Source of the DNA: Sphyrna mokarran
Taxonomy: Eukaryota
Length of the DNA: 64,000 nucleotides
Assembly: GCA_024679065.1 (NCBI GenBank)
Contig: JAGIQG010000001.1
Coordinates: forward strand, 92,628,001-92,692,000
Reading direction: 5' to 3'
The notes under the pieces were generated by a model that searched no databases, had not been told where the DNA came from, and worked only from the letters and a program-made list of their open reading frames with translations. Shown in pieces: positions 38,048 to 50,768 of the stretch (within the stretch, counting starts at the first letter, position 1; every line of letters starts with the position of its first letter). The translations under genes and the position numbers were made by a program.

Positions 38048-39719
38048 ATTTCTCACTTTACTAAGGCAGTAATCCATCTGATTTTCATCTCATTCAAATC
38101 AATAGGGTGAAAATTAGATGCATCCTACAATGAGTGACCAATCCATTCTGCCAGGTTACATTCAGACATTCAATTTTAATATTACTCCTGTTTAACAGAT
38201 GGTTTCAGTGTTAAGAGATATGAAGATACAGAGGTAAGTGTCATTAGTGTAGATGGAAAATTTGGCCCCACATCTGCAGATGATCATATTGAAACACAAC
38301 TTTTGCAGTGTGATAATGGCGGGTCAGTCAATGGATAGGAAAATCCCACAGGCACTACAACTGGTGGGTGATTCAGTACTTTCTATTTTGACTGCTAAAG
38401 TTAAACTTTGCCACCATTTGTTACCAAGCAGCAGCATATATCTGAAGAAAAAGAAAGACATCAAGAAATAATGTATCCTGAGAGAACTCTGAAGTTTGAA
38501 TGTGTGGCTGCTGCAAAAAACTTTAAGACATGTTTTGGCTGCATAGGGAGTTAAGAGTAGAATCGAAAAAGGGGTAATATCATTGAGGTAGACCATGGAG
38601 GAGAAGAATGGCAAGATTGGCTACCTCAAATACTGCAGAGAAAGCAAGGAGGACTCAGTGAGATAAGCTGACGGAATTGCAATAAGCAGAAATTGCCAAT
38701 ATGTGCTCTCAGTGGAAGGCACAAGTGGAACCAATGCAAAGTCATAAGATTACTCTTGGTGTCCTAATAGTAATAAAACATTCAGAATAGTAAAAGTTCT
38801 TTCAGTACGAATCCTGGGTCAGTGATATAGCTAAATTACACTTTTGAAGCATATCAACTGGAGCACTGAATTAAATGTTCTGTTTGTCAGTACAGCATAC
38901 TGCTTCATAGCACAGAAAAAAAATTTATTGTGCAGTTTATAATTTTTTTTTATCTGTGTATCTTCTGTGTTAGTGACTTCAAATAACATAGTGCAAAACT
39001 CAAAAGCAGCTTTCTGCCCCTAACATAAAGCAGCTTAGTCATTTTTATTGGGAGTGGGATTGGAAGAGGGGTGTCAGAAAGATCATTTTTTAAAAAGTAG
39101 CTTTGTTTTAGGGAAATGTGACTTTAGAAATGTATGAAATGCTAATACTCAACCATTGCACAGGGTAATGTGCAGGATAGCAATTATTATAAAAATGGTT
39201 TTAAGAAATTATTGGTTTCATGTGCACAGCCCCTGAGCACCATTTTAATCCAATCTGTGACTCGTTCTTTAGGATAGGCTGCAGCAGATATGGGAGACGA
39301 GATCATTCGCACTATGCCAGAGCAAAATGTGTTTGTGGAAGAAAATGCAAAACTTATAATTTTTCTCACTTTGCGCACAGAATGAACTTTTGAATAAGAA
39401 AAAGTAAGGAGTCCAATATACAATGAGGGTAGGGTGTCCAACCCATGGAACAGGAAAACAGACACACAGGACTATTCTGCAACTTCAATGACAGAAAACT
39501 CATACTGTGTCAAGCTGTCAGCTATAAATAAGGAATGCAAAAATATCTTCCATACCAGCAACTTGGGGCTGAGCAAAGTAACTCCACACTTGCTTTAGTA
39601 AATATGATGGTGATAACTTTTAATGGAATCCAGCCTCAGAACATATCATGTTGCTTATAGGACAAAAATCCAGTGAACTCTTTAGTGATAATTTTAGGGT
39701 TATTTTAATTCTCCACTTT

Positions 39720-40072
39720 ACTCCCATTCTAAATGTTATCACCGGATGGGTTTTTCCGCTTCCCACTTTTTAGTTTGTCTTTCATTTTGTTTGTCCTTAC
39801 TTTTTTTTCTCTCTCATTTCTCTCCATATTTCCTTTACATTGCTTCTGAATGGCAGCTATTCAGAATCCACCATTCACACCATCTCTAGACATATTTTGT
39901 TTGTTTTTTGGTTCCTTTAGTACCTTTGGCCTTACACCCTAAAACCTTCTGTCATTTAATCCCTACTACTTTCCAAATTACCATAAACTTTGCCTTTTGT
40001 TCTTCCCAAACTCCACACTTACATTTGCTTAAAACATCATGTGTTTTTTATTGTTTCTCAGACCTGAAACAT
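39720..40072 (+). mobile_element. Penelope-type 3' UTR/pLTR remnant
   Basis: Pyrimidine-rich body (ggcagctattcag..ccaccattcacacc..ttctgtcatttaat) resembling 52380-52700; ends at gacctgaaacatt. Confidence 0.45.
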
Positions 40073-40494
40073 TGGGATGATATTTCATGGTGCCAATTGG
40101 GACTAAACAGAGGTAGAACTGGAAAAAAATAGCCACCTAGTCAAATCTCCTGCTTCTGTTCTCATTCTCGACCTTTTTCATAAGCACATGTAGAGCTCAT
40201 TTCGGTGTGCTTTTAAAACATTTTCATGGAGGTGGATGAACCTTTTTGACTTTGTGTTATTTGCATGAACTATTACTGAGAGATGGGAAAAATTTTAAAT
40301 TAAAATGGTTTTTGCTCCTCCACAGTTCATGATTAAATGATGTTGCTTGAGTTGTATTTGTGTTCATTAAGGCCAGTTATGACAGCATTGTGATTGAACT
40401 GGGCAATATTTACTGCAGCTGACTTACCAGCTGGGGAACAAGTGAGACTCTGGCATCACCTCCTTTTGAGGACGTACACTGAATTAATTTGTTT

Positions 40495-41038
40495 GTTTGG
40501 TTATTTATTAGTGTCAGAGGTAGGCTTACATTAACATGGCAATGAAGCTACTGTGAAAATCTTCTAGTCACCATATTCTGGACCACAACCGAATCAGCCA
40601 TGATTTTATTGAATGACGCAGTAGGGTTATGGAGAGGCCAAGTGGCCTACTCCTGCTCCTAACTCCAATGTTTCTCTGCTTCTTCATAAACTTCCAACAA
40701 GTCATTCTTCAGTTTTCTATTTCCTAGAAACAGGTTCCCCAGACTATTCAACATTTCCTGAGGGTTAAATGCTCTCAGCAGTAGTGAATCGTTGTTGTGT
40801 CTTCTCCAATGCAACAGGGTCCATGGTGTCATAGTGGTTAGCATTGCTGCCTCACAGCACCATGAATCTGGGTTCAATTCCCAGCTTGGGTCATTGTCTG
40901 TCCGCAGTCTGCACGTTCTCCCCGTGTTTGCATGAATTTCTTCCAGGTACTCCAGTTTCTTCCCACAGTCCAAAAGACACGCTGATTAAGTGCATTGGTC
41001 ATGCTAAATTCTCCCTCAGATTTAAGGCTAAACAGGCA
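40495..41038. mobile_element. HE1-like SINE (alternative tail) split into two opposite-orientation halves: tail 40495-40581 (-), head+V-domain 40817-41038 (+)
   Basis: The halves join as aacaggca|ccagaatatggtgactag, compared with aacaggcgccagcatgtggcgactag in the intact tail at ~19.9 kb. Confidence 0.75.
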
Positions 41039-41191
41039 CTTAACAGGGCAAAAATGGGTCTTCCCCCAAGATCAAGGTGGTAGTATCAAAGGGGGAGCAG
41101 TGGCAGTTACCAGCAGCACACCTACTAGAGGCACAGGATCAGTATGGGTCTTGGTCACTTGTGAGTGATGGCTCTGGAGTCATGTTGTGCA

Positions 41192-41193
<2 letters not shown>

Positions 41194-41226
<33 letters not shown>

Positions 41227-41260
41227 GTGTGTTGGTGTGTGTGTGGTGTGTGTGTGTGTG
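41194..41260 (+). repeat. (TG)n microsatellite, imperfect
   Basis: Directly visible. Confidence 0.95.
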
Positions 41261-42344
41261 GGTGGGGGGGTGAGCGCGCGCCATGGTGATGGTATCGACA
41301 GCATGGTTATGGCTCTCAACAGGCCCTTTCTTTCACAATGCCAGTCTTTTACAATGCCGGCCACCCGAAAATTCACAGCAAAGATAACAGGTTTTGCTTT
41401 TCAGGCTTCCTGCCTGGCGAGACCCCATTCTGCTTCAGTTTGAATATTAATAGTGACAGGATGAAGCTCTTACGTGTGCATTAATTGCTGCCCATGAGCC
41501 CTCCTTACCTGGACTTAATCAAATCATGGTGGGCTCCCCATTCAACATCCTCCTGATTAATGATCCCTGTATGACTAAACCCATCTCAACAAGGGCATTA
41601 AATTCTATCCGGTCTGAGTACCAGATTGCCGTTTCTGTTAACTGGCAAGCTGTCAATTAAAAGATCAACAATGTAAATGTCGGAAAAATCTTCCACTGAA
41701 TAAAAAACTTATTTAATGGATAAGAAAGTACAATACTAACACACTACAGAAAAGGTAGATTCGTATGACAGTATGATATGATGGTTTGAAGAGTCTGTTT
41801 GTTTAATGGGCTATTCAATGCGTCCTAATTGTTACAATAAGGCTTGCGAGTTATGTTCATAAAGTGGATAATGGGTGAGAGAAGTGAGAAGTTGTGGATG
41901 GGGGGGTGGTGAAAATGAAGAAGGTGAGCTAAGAGAGGTGAGAATGAAACTGAATGGGGATGAGAGGGAATGCGGATAAGTAGGAATGGGGTGAGAGTGA
42001 GAAGGAGATGGTGCAGAGGGGTAAGTAGGACACTTTAACACAAAGGAAGTGTTAAAGTGATCAGAATGTTTACCTATGCACAAATGAGCGATGGGAGCTC
42101 ATTGGGAGCATCCGATTAAAGCTTTTAGGGAAGGGAGATGGGCTTTTCAATCTGCCCACTCCAGCCTTGGCCAGTAAGCAGCAAGTCAGTCTCCAAGCCA
42201 CATAAGGCCCAAAACTTAGAAGATCCTATCTGCAGAAGTCTCAAGACAAAGATGGGGTTATAACAGTGGGAAAAGTCCAATCTCCTGATTTCCACGTCCA
42301 ATATTAAAATCCAGCCTGTTAATTCTGTTTCTCCCCCTCTGATG

Positions 42345-42584
42345 TGGTTTTAGGACAGATGTCAGAGGTAGGTTCTTTACCCAGAGGGTGGTAAGGGTAT
42401 GGAATGCCTTGCCTGTGTCAGTTGTAGATGCACCAAGTTTGGTAGCGTTTAAGAGGTTAGTAGATAAGTTTATGGATGAAAGGGGAATGGTTTAGGTTAG
42501 AGGGTCACTGCTTGTTCCTAATTGGTCGGCGCAACATCGAAGGCCGAAGGGCCTGTTCTGCGCTGTAATGTTCTATGTTCTATG
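42345..42584 (+). mobile_element. HER1/CR1 3' end inserted in a Penelope-type remnant
   Basis: FFTQRVVRVWNALP; tail ggccgaagggcctgttctgcgctgtaatgttctatgttctatg; host sequence ctctgatg|..|atgtttccagacctgctga. Confidence 0.85.
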
Positions 42585-45500
42585 ATGTTTCCAGACCTGC
42601 TGATTATTTCTAGTATTTTCTGTTTTTTTTTATTTCTTTAGGGTTAATAATGGGATTCAATTCCACCTTCAATGCTAGGGCTGTAATCAGGCAGAGCAGA
42701 TGTAACATCCATTTTAGAATCATCCTGACTTTCATGCCAGGTGAAGATCAGGTGAGTTCTACAACAGCCAGCTGATCCTCTCCACTGGATTGCTGCTGGG
42801 CAGAGAAAGTGAAAATGTACCCCAGTGAGCTGAGAGGAATAAATGGATAATAATCCCAATCGACTTTTAAAACAGGAAAGTATCTGAATTGTTGCAGTGT
42901 CTAGAGATCAAGTCCTCTTTTGTAAAATGTAAGTCTCCAATGACATAGCATAGTTTGTTTTCCTATTGTAATACCTGTACATTGTACTCATTTTTTTCTC
43001 ACTTTAGAGCAACATGACATTTTTATTTCCCACATCAGCCATACATGTGACGGTACTGAATAGAATTGCCAATTTAAGGCCAATTATTAATGAGTTATGA
43101 GCGCTTTCATGTCGTGGAGTGGTGCCTTCAAGTTTGTGAGTCATAAGACCTTGGCAATGGGCACAGCCAGAAATTTTCAGCCATAGGAAAGCTGAGTGAA
43201 TTAAAGTTCATTGGTTGACATGGTCACATTTCAGAGATACTGACCTGCTTACTGCCTTTGAAAGCAAAACAATCTCAGGGTGCAGAACCGCCTTCACTGC
43301 TACTCCCTGTTATTTGTAAAAGAAAATACTCAAATCTTGAATTACATCACCGGCAACTTTAATATCATTACTAGCAAAAATATTATTTTTAAATTTACAA
43401 TAAATTCAAATTTGGATTAGTATCACATTTTAACTGTTCTCAGTCTACGAGCAGTGGTGATTGCAAACCACTAGCAAGGCTCAACAAGGGTACAGGTCAG
43501 TTAAGCCAATACATTATTTCAACTTCCTTGTTCATTGCCACAACAATATCAGATGTAAACTGTTCTTATTGTTGTCTCTACCCAACATTTTTCTTTAAAT
43601 CTCTCTAAATACATTTACAATTACAAAGCAATTGTCCACCTTGCTACAAAGACAGGGAATTAAATTTAAGGCCCTCCCCTGTTACAAGTTTGTTGACAAG
43701 GAACATTTAATTGTGTGGGAGGGTGGTAGGTGGGAGCCTTCCACTTTAATCTAGTTAAGCCCATGATGAGAAGGAAGAATGAATTAGTGCCCAGCAGCAG
43801 GAGATGGGCTCACCATGTGGGAACTACAACAAGCAAACCTCTTCAAGATTATTTGCTAGGGGAAGGGGTTATTGATTGGATATCTGTCCTAGCATCAGAA
43901 AACGGGTGATGCTCAGAGCCACATGCTAAGAACCACACCTGCCCTTGCTGTTGATCCCAACCCTCATCTTCCCTGTGATCTCCCTTTCTCACCATCACTC
44001 CCTTGTTGTTTGGGATGCACCAGTGATCACAGGCATTAGGTGGGTATCCTTATGGCAGCAGCCATAAGTGCTGCTCCCTGGTGCTGCTGCTGTTCAGTAG
44101 ACTGCTGACCTCTGACTGACTAGCAGCTCTTGGCAGGGAAGACTTCCAACCCGGGCTCTTTGTTACTGTCCAGTTAAGTACCTGAATAGCACTTAATGAA
44201 GTGGGCTATCCCTAATAAAGGTGAAATAAGGCATTCACCAGCTATCCAGTCAGCAGGCAAGACCCTCATTGCTTCCATTAAATATGGTACAGGATTCAGC
44301 CATTTATTGGACATTTGCTTTACAATATTTTCCTATTTCACTTATTTTTTTCGATTTGTGCATAATTACAATAAGTACAACAAAACACCACTTCACAATA
44401 CTGAAAACATCAGAATTGCAGAACTAAATATTGAACAATACAATGCTGAAGAGTTTTAAAGAAAAACAGACAACAACGTACATAAATTTGCCAAACTGAT
44501 AACAACTGTTTCTTAGGCTTTCCCAGTGAAAAGGAGCAGTAGCCCTGGGGTAAAAATGATAAGGCGTTGAACTTTATAAATGAGGGGGAAATATCCTAGT
44601 GGAGGCCATGTCATCCCTATACACATGTTTTTAGGCTCCGATCTTGATTGGATTCACAAAACCATCACGTTTATTCCTTTCTGGGATAATTCCACTCTTC
44701 TAACATCCTTCAGCACTGATTCATTCTCCTCTTTGGCAGCAAGACTGGATCACTTTAGGATGGAGGCAAGGGGTCTGGTGGAGTTCTGTCTGCTCCACAT
44801 GAAACAGAAAAATCCTATCCTTAGCTTGGTATTGTTTTGAACTTTGGGACCTGTCAAAAGGATGATAATTGTCTTTTTTGAGCCTAAATATTTCTGAGTT
44901 CCTATGAAGTTATTCAAATAAAGATAGCAATGTGGAAATATGCATTGGTAATGCCCGAAGCGCCAAATTTAAACAGTTCTGATGCGTGCAACTGGTATGT
45001 ACCCACACTGAAAAACCAATTAGACATTGTTAGGGATACAGTAGCATAGACAAGGAAACTGCATCTTAAAATTACTGTATCATTTTCTGTAAGGATATTT
45101 AGTGCCTTTGCATCAAATTCTTCTGTGTGATACCTTAACGGCGATACAAAGGCATCTATTATGTACAGGTTAATGGCAGTATTAAAATTGTGAAGCGAAG
45201 TCTATTATGAATGTCATGAACTGCAAACAATGAAATAGCTCATGAAGAAAATTGTCAGAACTTTTTTGCCTGGAATTAAACAATACTTGCAGTAGACCAT
45301 AACTCAGAATTTCAATTATGAAACAATCCTTCAAGAATTGAAAATATTTAATCTTCGTTGCAATATCAGGGTCACTGGACAATATACTGTAGCATCTAGT
45401 CAGGACAGGTACTCTGCAACTTACTACAAATAGCAATTAAAAAATAGAATTGCAAATGAGAGCACTTGCTCCAATCTATACAGAGGATAGTTGTCTAAAG

Positions 45501-45929
45501 TTATGAATTCAATTAATGAAGAAGTACAGGCATGTTGTATTGATCAGTAATAAAACAGATAATTGGAACCATCCCCTATTTGTATGGCTGTTGCAAGATA
45601 TTTAAACAAATAAAATGGTACTTGCTAATCTAAAGTTTGATGCTCTGCATTCCTTATACTTCATCACAGTATTTGTACTTGGATTGTTTGAAAATCGACA
45701 CAGTTCCATCAGTTAACTGTAAATATAAGCAGTTTGCTACTTCTGACAACATATATTGACATCATCAACTAATTCAGGCATTGTACCATCCACATACAAA
45801 CCTTTCAACCAGCTCTGTGCAAGTTCTGAAGAAGAGACACATTCAAATCTAAATTTTAACTTGATTTCTCTCAATGCTGCCAGCCCTGCCGAGTTTTGCC
45901 ACCCCTTTCTGCTTTTAATACTTAAAAAG

Positions 45930-46200
45930 CTTGCCATTGTTCACTCCACGTTGTTGAACTCAAACTTTGGTATTCCCAACAATGTTTTGAAATGTGTCAG
46001 CAACATCAAAAACAATGACCCTTTTTCTCCTCTTCTTGTTCAACTTTCTTCAACCAGGCTTTGATTAACACCATCTTGATCAAATCACCAATGACATTCT
46101 GTGTGTCAATGGCACATTATCAATCTGCATTTTCCCTGGCCTCTCAGTGGACTTTGATATGGTCAATCATCATCTTACCTAAACATCCCCTTGTTCCACT
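45930..46200 (+). mobile_element. L2 LINE RT fragment
   Basis: LIKITNDILC..SICIFPGLSVDFDMVNH resembles L2 ALxKVTNDIL..LDLSAAFDTVDH. Confidence 0.6.
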
Positions 46201-49177
46201 ATATTTCTTAATGCCTTCAAAGGACTCCTCAAAGTCGTTCCTCAACTCCAACCACCCTCTCTAATGCCCCATCGACACAAGTTTGGCTGTCTGCTGTAAA
46301 TCTTCTTGCAATGAGTAGCTATGGTAAACAGACTGCGTTAATCTAATTTTTTGTTGCTAGTCAAATCATAAAATATTGTTGGTTGTCTGTATTCATAAAA
46401 GTAGGCACAGATGGGCATGTGCTCAATATTATAATACTGGAGGAAAGGGAGCTTCTTTCCAGCACTTTTTGAAGAGGAGAGAATATCTCTGATGTCTGAT
46501 TCATCCCAATCAGCACAATTTCCAAGCAACGGATTTACTCTTCCAGCTGCCTCCAGCAAGACAAATCTCTTTTTTGTTGGAAGCAGAAGCCACAATATTA
46601 CGACATAGAAATGCCTTGGAAATTTCCCAACGCAGAATTACTAAGGTTTCAGAGCTGAATTGAGTTCGAGAAACTAAAACAAACATTTCTGAAGCTGGGT
46701 GAGGAACTGCAAGTCCCAAAGGAGAGATACATTCATATACCATCTGTTCAGCCTCCGAAGGAGTCCTGGAAGCATCAATTTATAACAAAATAAGTGCCAC
46801 ACATTAGTGTCAGCTCTTCCCTGTAATCCTTTACATAGAATGAGCTCCAGTTACATGAAAAGTCCACAGAGAAAGTGTTAATACATTCCGATTCTTTATT
46901 TCTACTATTGATAGGCCAATGCATTTTTAGCTAAAAAAAAACCTGACAAAGAATCCACACCTGACCATTGGGGGACCGTCTATTCCTACCAACTCTCTTT
47001 CTGACACCTATGCCTTTAAAGTATCTGCAGAGATTTGGGGTTGAATAAAGATGGCAGGGAATCTCTGATCACCCAATGTGAATATTCCTGATACCCATCT
47101 CCTCTGGGGTCAGGCCAGTTTATATATCTTAAGACTGTACCATCACCATTTCCACTGCCAGTTTGGAAAATGGTCTCCTAAGAAATCACTAAAACTGTGA
47201 CTTTCTTCATCAGCTGATTTAGACAATCAAATCAATCACTCCATTCCACCCCACCCTACCCCCAACCTCTACATTCTCCTTTAATGGCCTGGCAATTCTG
47301 AAAGCTGGCAACTTACAGGTGTTTTTAATATTCAATGGGCATAAGTGAGGAAAATACATTATATCCGTACAGCAAACTTTACTCACATATCTGATTGTAA
47401 TACACTTGCTCAATTTTGGGCTTACCCTATAAACTGTTGATAATTTTGATAGGTTAAGAATGGAGATCTACGTTTCATCCTGACTTCTGTTGAGTAATCT
47501 GTTGAACGACTCTTTATAGTGCCAGTAATTTTGGGACTAATGATTGTTTGCATAATTAATGTAATATACTTTTAAGGCACAGTAATTAAGTGTGTACATG
47601 CGTGTATGTGTGTGTTATGGTCTAATTCCATGTGGAATCTGACCCCAGTTGCCTTCGTACGGAAGAAAGATTTGATAGGAGTAGGCAAGAGCATTAGAAG
47701 ATGGGACGGTGCACTCCTGCTCCTTCTGGCCCATAAACAATGCTGTAAAGTCTGCTCTTGCCTCCATTTACCTGCTGCATTTGCAAAGGCCTGGGAAACT
47801 GGCTAGCCACTGCAAAACCTGCAAAGTAAATAAAGTCAGAAGCTGACAAATAAATTTAGATATCTGAGTTGCCACACCAGCTCTTGGGAGCAGGTTGTCT
47901 GTCCATTCTTCATCTGCCCCCGTACAACACAGAAACATGTTGGGGCTGAATTAGAATCTAATTTCAGATTTTTAAAGTATTAACATCTGACCCAATCTCA
48001 ACACACCCATTGTGGGTGTTAAAACTCAACCCAAAGATGCTCAAGTTAAATGGCAATATCCTTTTATGGATAAACTAAGACTTTTCCTAAAGAATAATTT
48101 GTTTTTCCATAATAATGCATTTACATTTTTCTTTAACATTCATAATTTGCATCCCTAGAATATGATTGGGAAATGCTGAATTATATAACATAACAAATAA
48201 TTTGAAGATTTAAAATTCTACCAGTAGCACTGCATTGTCAGAAGTACAATGAACTGACAATTCTGCCCACCAGTCAAGCTTCACTATGTCCTATATTCTA
48301 GGGAGCATGTCAGTTGAAAATTAGGATCAGGCATCAATCCTGTGGAGTTGTTGGGAGTTTTGGAGTTGCACTTAACATTGCCATTGAGTGTTGTGGTTCG
48401 GGTTGCAGGTAATGAGGAAAAGATCAACATGGCAAAGGGAAGAGAACCATTTTTTTTGTTGCATCCTCACAAACAATAATCATTTTTCTTTGATCAACTG
48501 CAATTTAAATCCTGCATTGGTAGGCCTTTTGATAGCCCATTTCGTACAGGCATGAGGTTTACCAGTCACTGAAGAGGTAAAAGTGGTAGGATTTCCAGAT
48601 GAGCCCAGTACTTTGCTAACCCCACTTCTCTGAGTCATGTCAGACTGGAAGCAGTCAGGACTTAAATTCAATGAAGCAAAATCTTGCCCCAATTTTCACC
48701 TCTTCTACAGTCTACTGCACTGGATTTTCACTTTCAAAAATATTGGAATTTCTGGGCTAAGAAGTCTTGAGAGATTTGAGACTAGTGCTTTTATGTTTTA
48801 TTTACATTGGCTGGAATAACTGATGACAAAACTCTAGCATGGCTTTCCAGCTGGGTGTGTTTATCTGTTTTATTTAGTTCAATTCAAACATAAATCCAAA
48901 CTGCAAATCTGCATTTCTGGACTGGCGGATCCACTGGTCAAAACAAACCATTTTATTAGAAACCTTTTATTTTGACTATAGTATTACGACCATTTATTAT
49001 AACAAAATTTGCATGTGCATTGATCAATGTTCAAAACCCAGTGAAGTGCTACCAGCCTTCTCAGCATCTCTTTTTTATCTATCACCAAGCTGCTCAGTTC
49101 CTTACACACACATTTTCAACTGGACCATTGTCACCATCTTCTAATTTGATAAAGACAGAAGCAGAGCACTCAATTGA

Positions 49178-49470
49178 GCAGCACAGTGATTAGCACCACT
49201 ACCTCACAGTGACAGGAGGTCCTAGTTCAGTTCTCAGCTTGGGTCATTGTCTGTGCAGAATTTGCACGTTCTCCCCATGTCTGCGTGGGTTTCCTCCCAG
49301 TTGTCCAGTTTCTTCCCACAGTCCAAAAGATGTGCTGGTAAGTGCATTAGCTGTGTTAAATTCTCCCTCAGTGTACCCAAACAGGCATCGGAGTGTGGTA
49401 ACTAGGGGATTTTCACAGTAACTTCATTGCCGTGTTAGTGTAAGCCCACTTATGACATTAATAAATAAAC
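49178..49470 (+). mobile_element. HE1-like V-SINE with alternative (non-HER1) tail
   Basis: Head and V-domain followed by ctaggggattttcacagtaacttcattgccgtgttagtgtaagcccacttatgacattaataaataaa. Confidence 0.8.
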
Positions 49471-49489
49471 TTTGAAAAGTTTAGTATCT

Positions 49490-50290
49490 CTGCCATTCCT
49501 TCTGATTCAGTGAGCAGTTCACTCTCTTTGTCTCATGGTCCTCACGATATCCTTCATTAATCTTTTACCATTAATATATTTGAAGAACATGTTTACTTTA
49601 GCGCAACCTGCCATTCTTTCCTCAAGCTTCCTTTTGGCTTTCCTTATCCCAACCTTAGCCTATTTCCTGCATTTGAGATACTCCTCCTGCTTTCCAGCAC
49701 TATTATTATTCCAGCATGCATCAAATGCTGCTTTTTCCTTCCTTATTTTCTCATCAGTATTCTTAGCCATCCAGGGTACTTTAGCTTTGGTTACTCTATT
49801 TATTTGTCATTAATATATACTTAGCTCACATTCTACACATCGCTCCTTTGAAAATCTCCCATTTTTCATCCACTGTTTTATCCACTAAAATGCATTTCCA
49901 ATCAACCTGCTCCAGTTCAACTTTTAAACTTCTAAAATTTGCTGTTTTCCAGTCTGGGATCTTAATCTGTGATTGATTTTTAACCTGTTCCAATTTAACA
50001 TTGAACCTTATTATGTGATTATTTCTATTTCCAACTGCTTCCCCACTTACATCCTCCACCTGGCCGGCCTCATTTTCTCGGACCAGATCCAGCATAGCTT
50101 CCTCTCTGTTAGGATTGAAAATGTACTATTCCAAAAAATTCTCCTGCAAACACTGCAGGAATTTCTCCCCTTCCATGTCCCACTCTCTACCCATTTCCCA
50201 AGTCTTAAGGTAATTCAAATCCCCAATTACTTGTACTGCAAGTTTCCATAATCTGTATAAAAATGCTGTCTTTGACTTCCTCCCCACCAA
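49490..50290 (-). mobile_element. CR1 LINE APE/linker fragment
   Basis: LDLVRENEAGQVEDVSGEAVGNRNNHIIRF..DWKTANFRSLKVELEQVDW..VDEKWEIFK. Confidence 0.8.
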
Positions 50291-50297
50291 ACTATAA

Positions 50298-50768
50298 CGA
50301 GTGCAGAAGAGATTTACTAGGACGCTATCAGAACTTGTTGGCTTGAGTTATAAGGAGACGCTGAATAAACTGGAACTTCTTTCTTTCTCAAGCAGGTCTT
50401 ATGCAGGTCTATACAATAAACCGGGGCATAGATCAGCAAGATGATCAATATCTTTTCATTAAGGTAGGGGAGTCTAAAACTAGAGGCATAGGTTTAAGCT
50501 ATAGGGGAGATATATAAAAGTGTCCATAGGGCCAATTTTTTCATACATAGGGTGGTGAATGTCTGAAACAAGCTGCCAGAGGTAGTAGTAGAGGTGGATA
50601 CAATTTTGTCTTTTAAAAAGCATTTAGATTGTTGCATGGGTAAGATGAGTATAGTGATATGGACCAAATGCGGCAACTAGGAGTAGCTTAGGGATTTAAA
50701 AAAAAGGGCGACATGGACAAGTTGGGCCGAAGGGCCTGTTTCTATGTTGTAAACATCTATGACTCTAA
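50298..50768 (+). mobile_element. HER1/CR1 3' fragment
   Basis: RVQKRFTRTLSELVGLSYKETL; tail gggccgaagggcctgtttctatgttgtaaacatctatgactcta. Confidence 0.85.

Noticed and set aside
38199-38233. 35-nt plus-strand exon-like segment with good splice sites (tttaacAG..GAG|GTAAGT)
   Set aside because: Isolated and unrecognised; such matches are expected by chance in 64 kb
41077-41443. Cys/Val- and His/Thr-rich ORFs
   Set aside because: Artefacts of the (TG)n microsatellite
44300-44850. Possible minus-strand terminal exon (cttttgacAG|GTCCCAAAG.., VPKFKTIPS*) followed by UTR-like DNA
   Set aside because: Peptide is short and unrecognised, with no clear polyadenylation signal
46338-46767. Overlapping minus-strand ORFs behind a possible acceptor (gcttccAG|GACTCC)
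   Set aside because: No recognisable protein in any frame and no supporting partner exons; not enough to call a CDS
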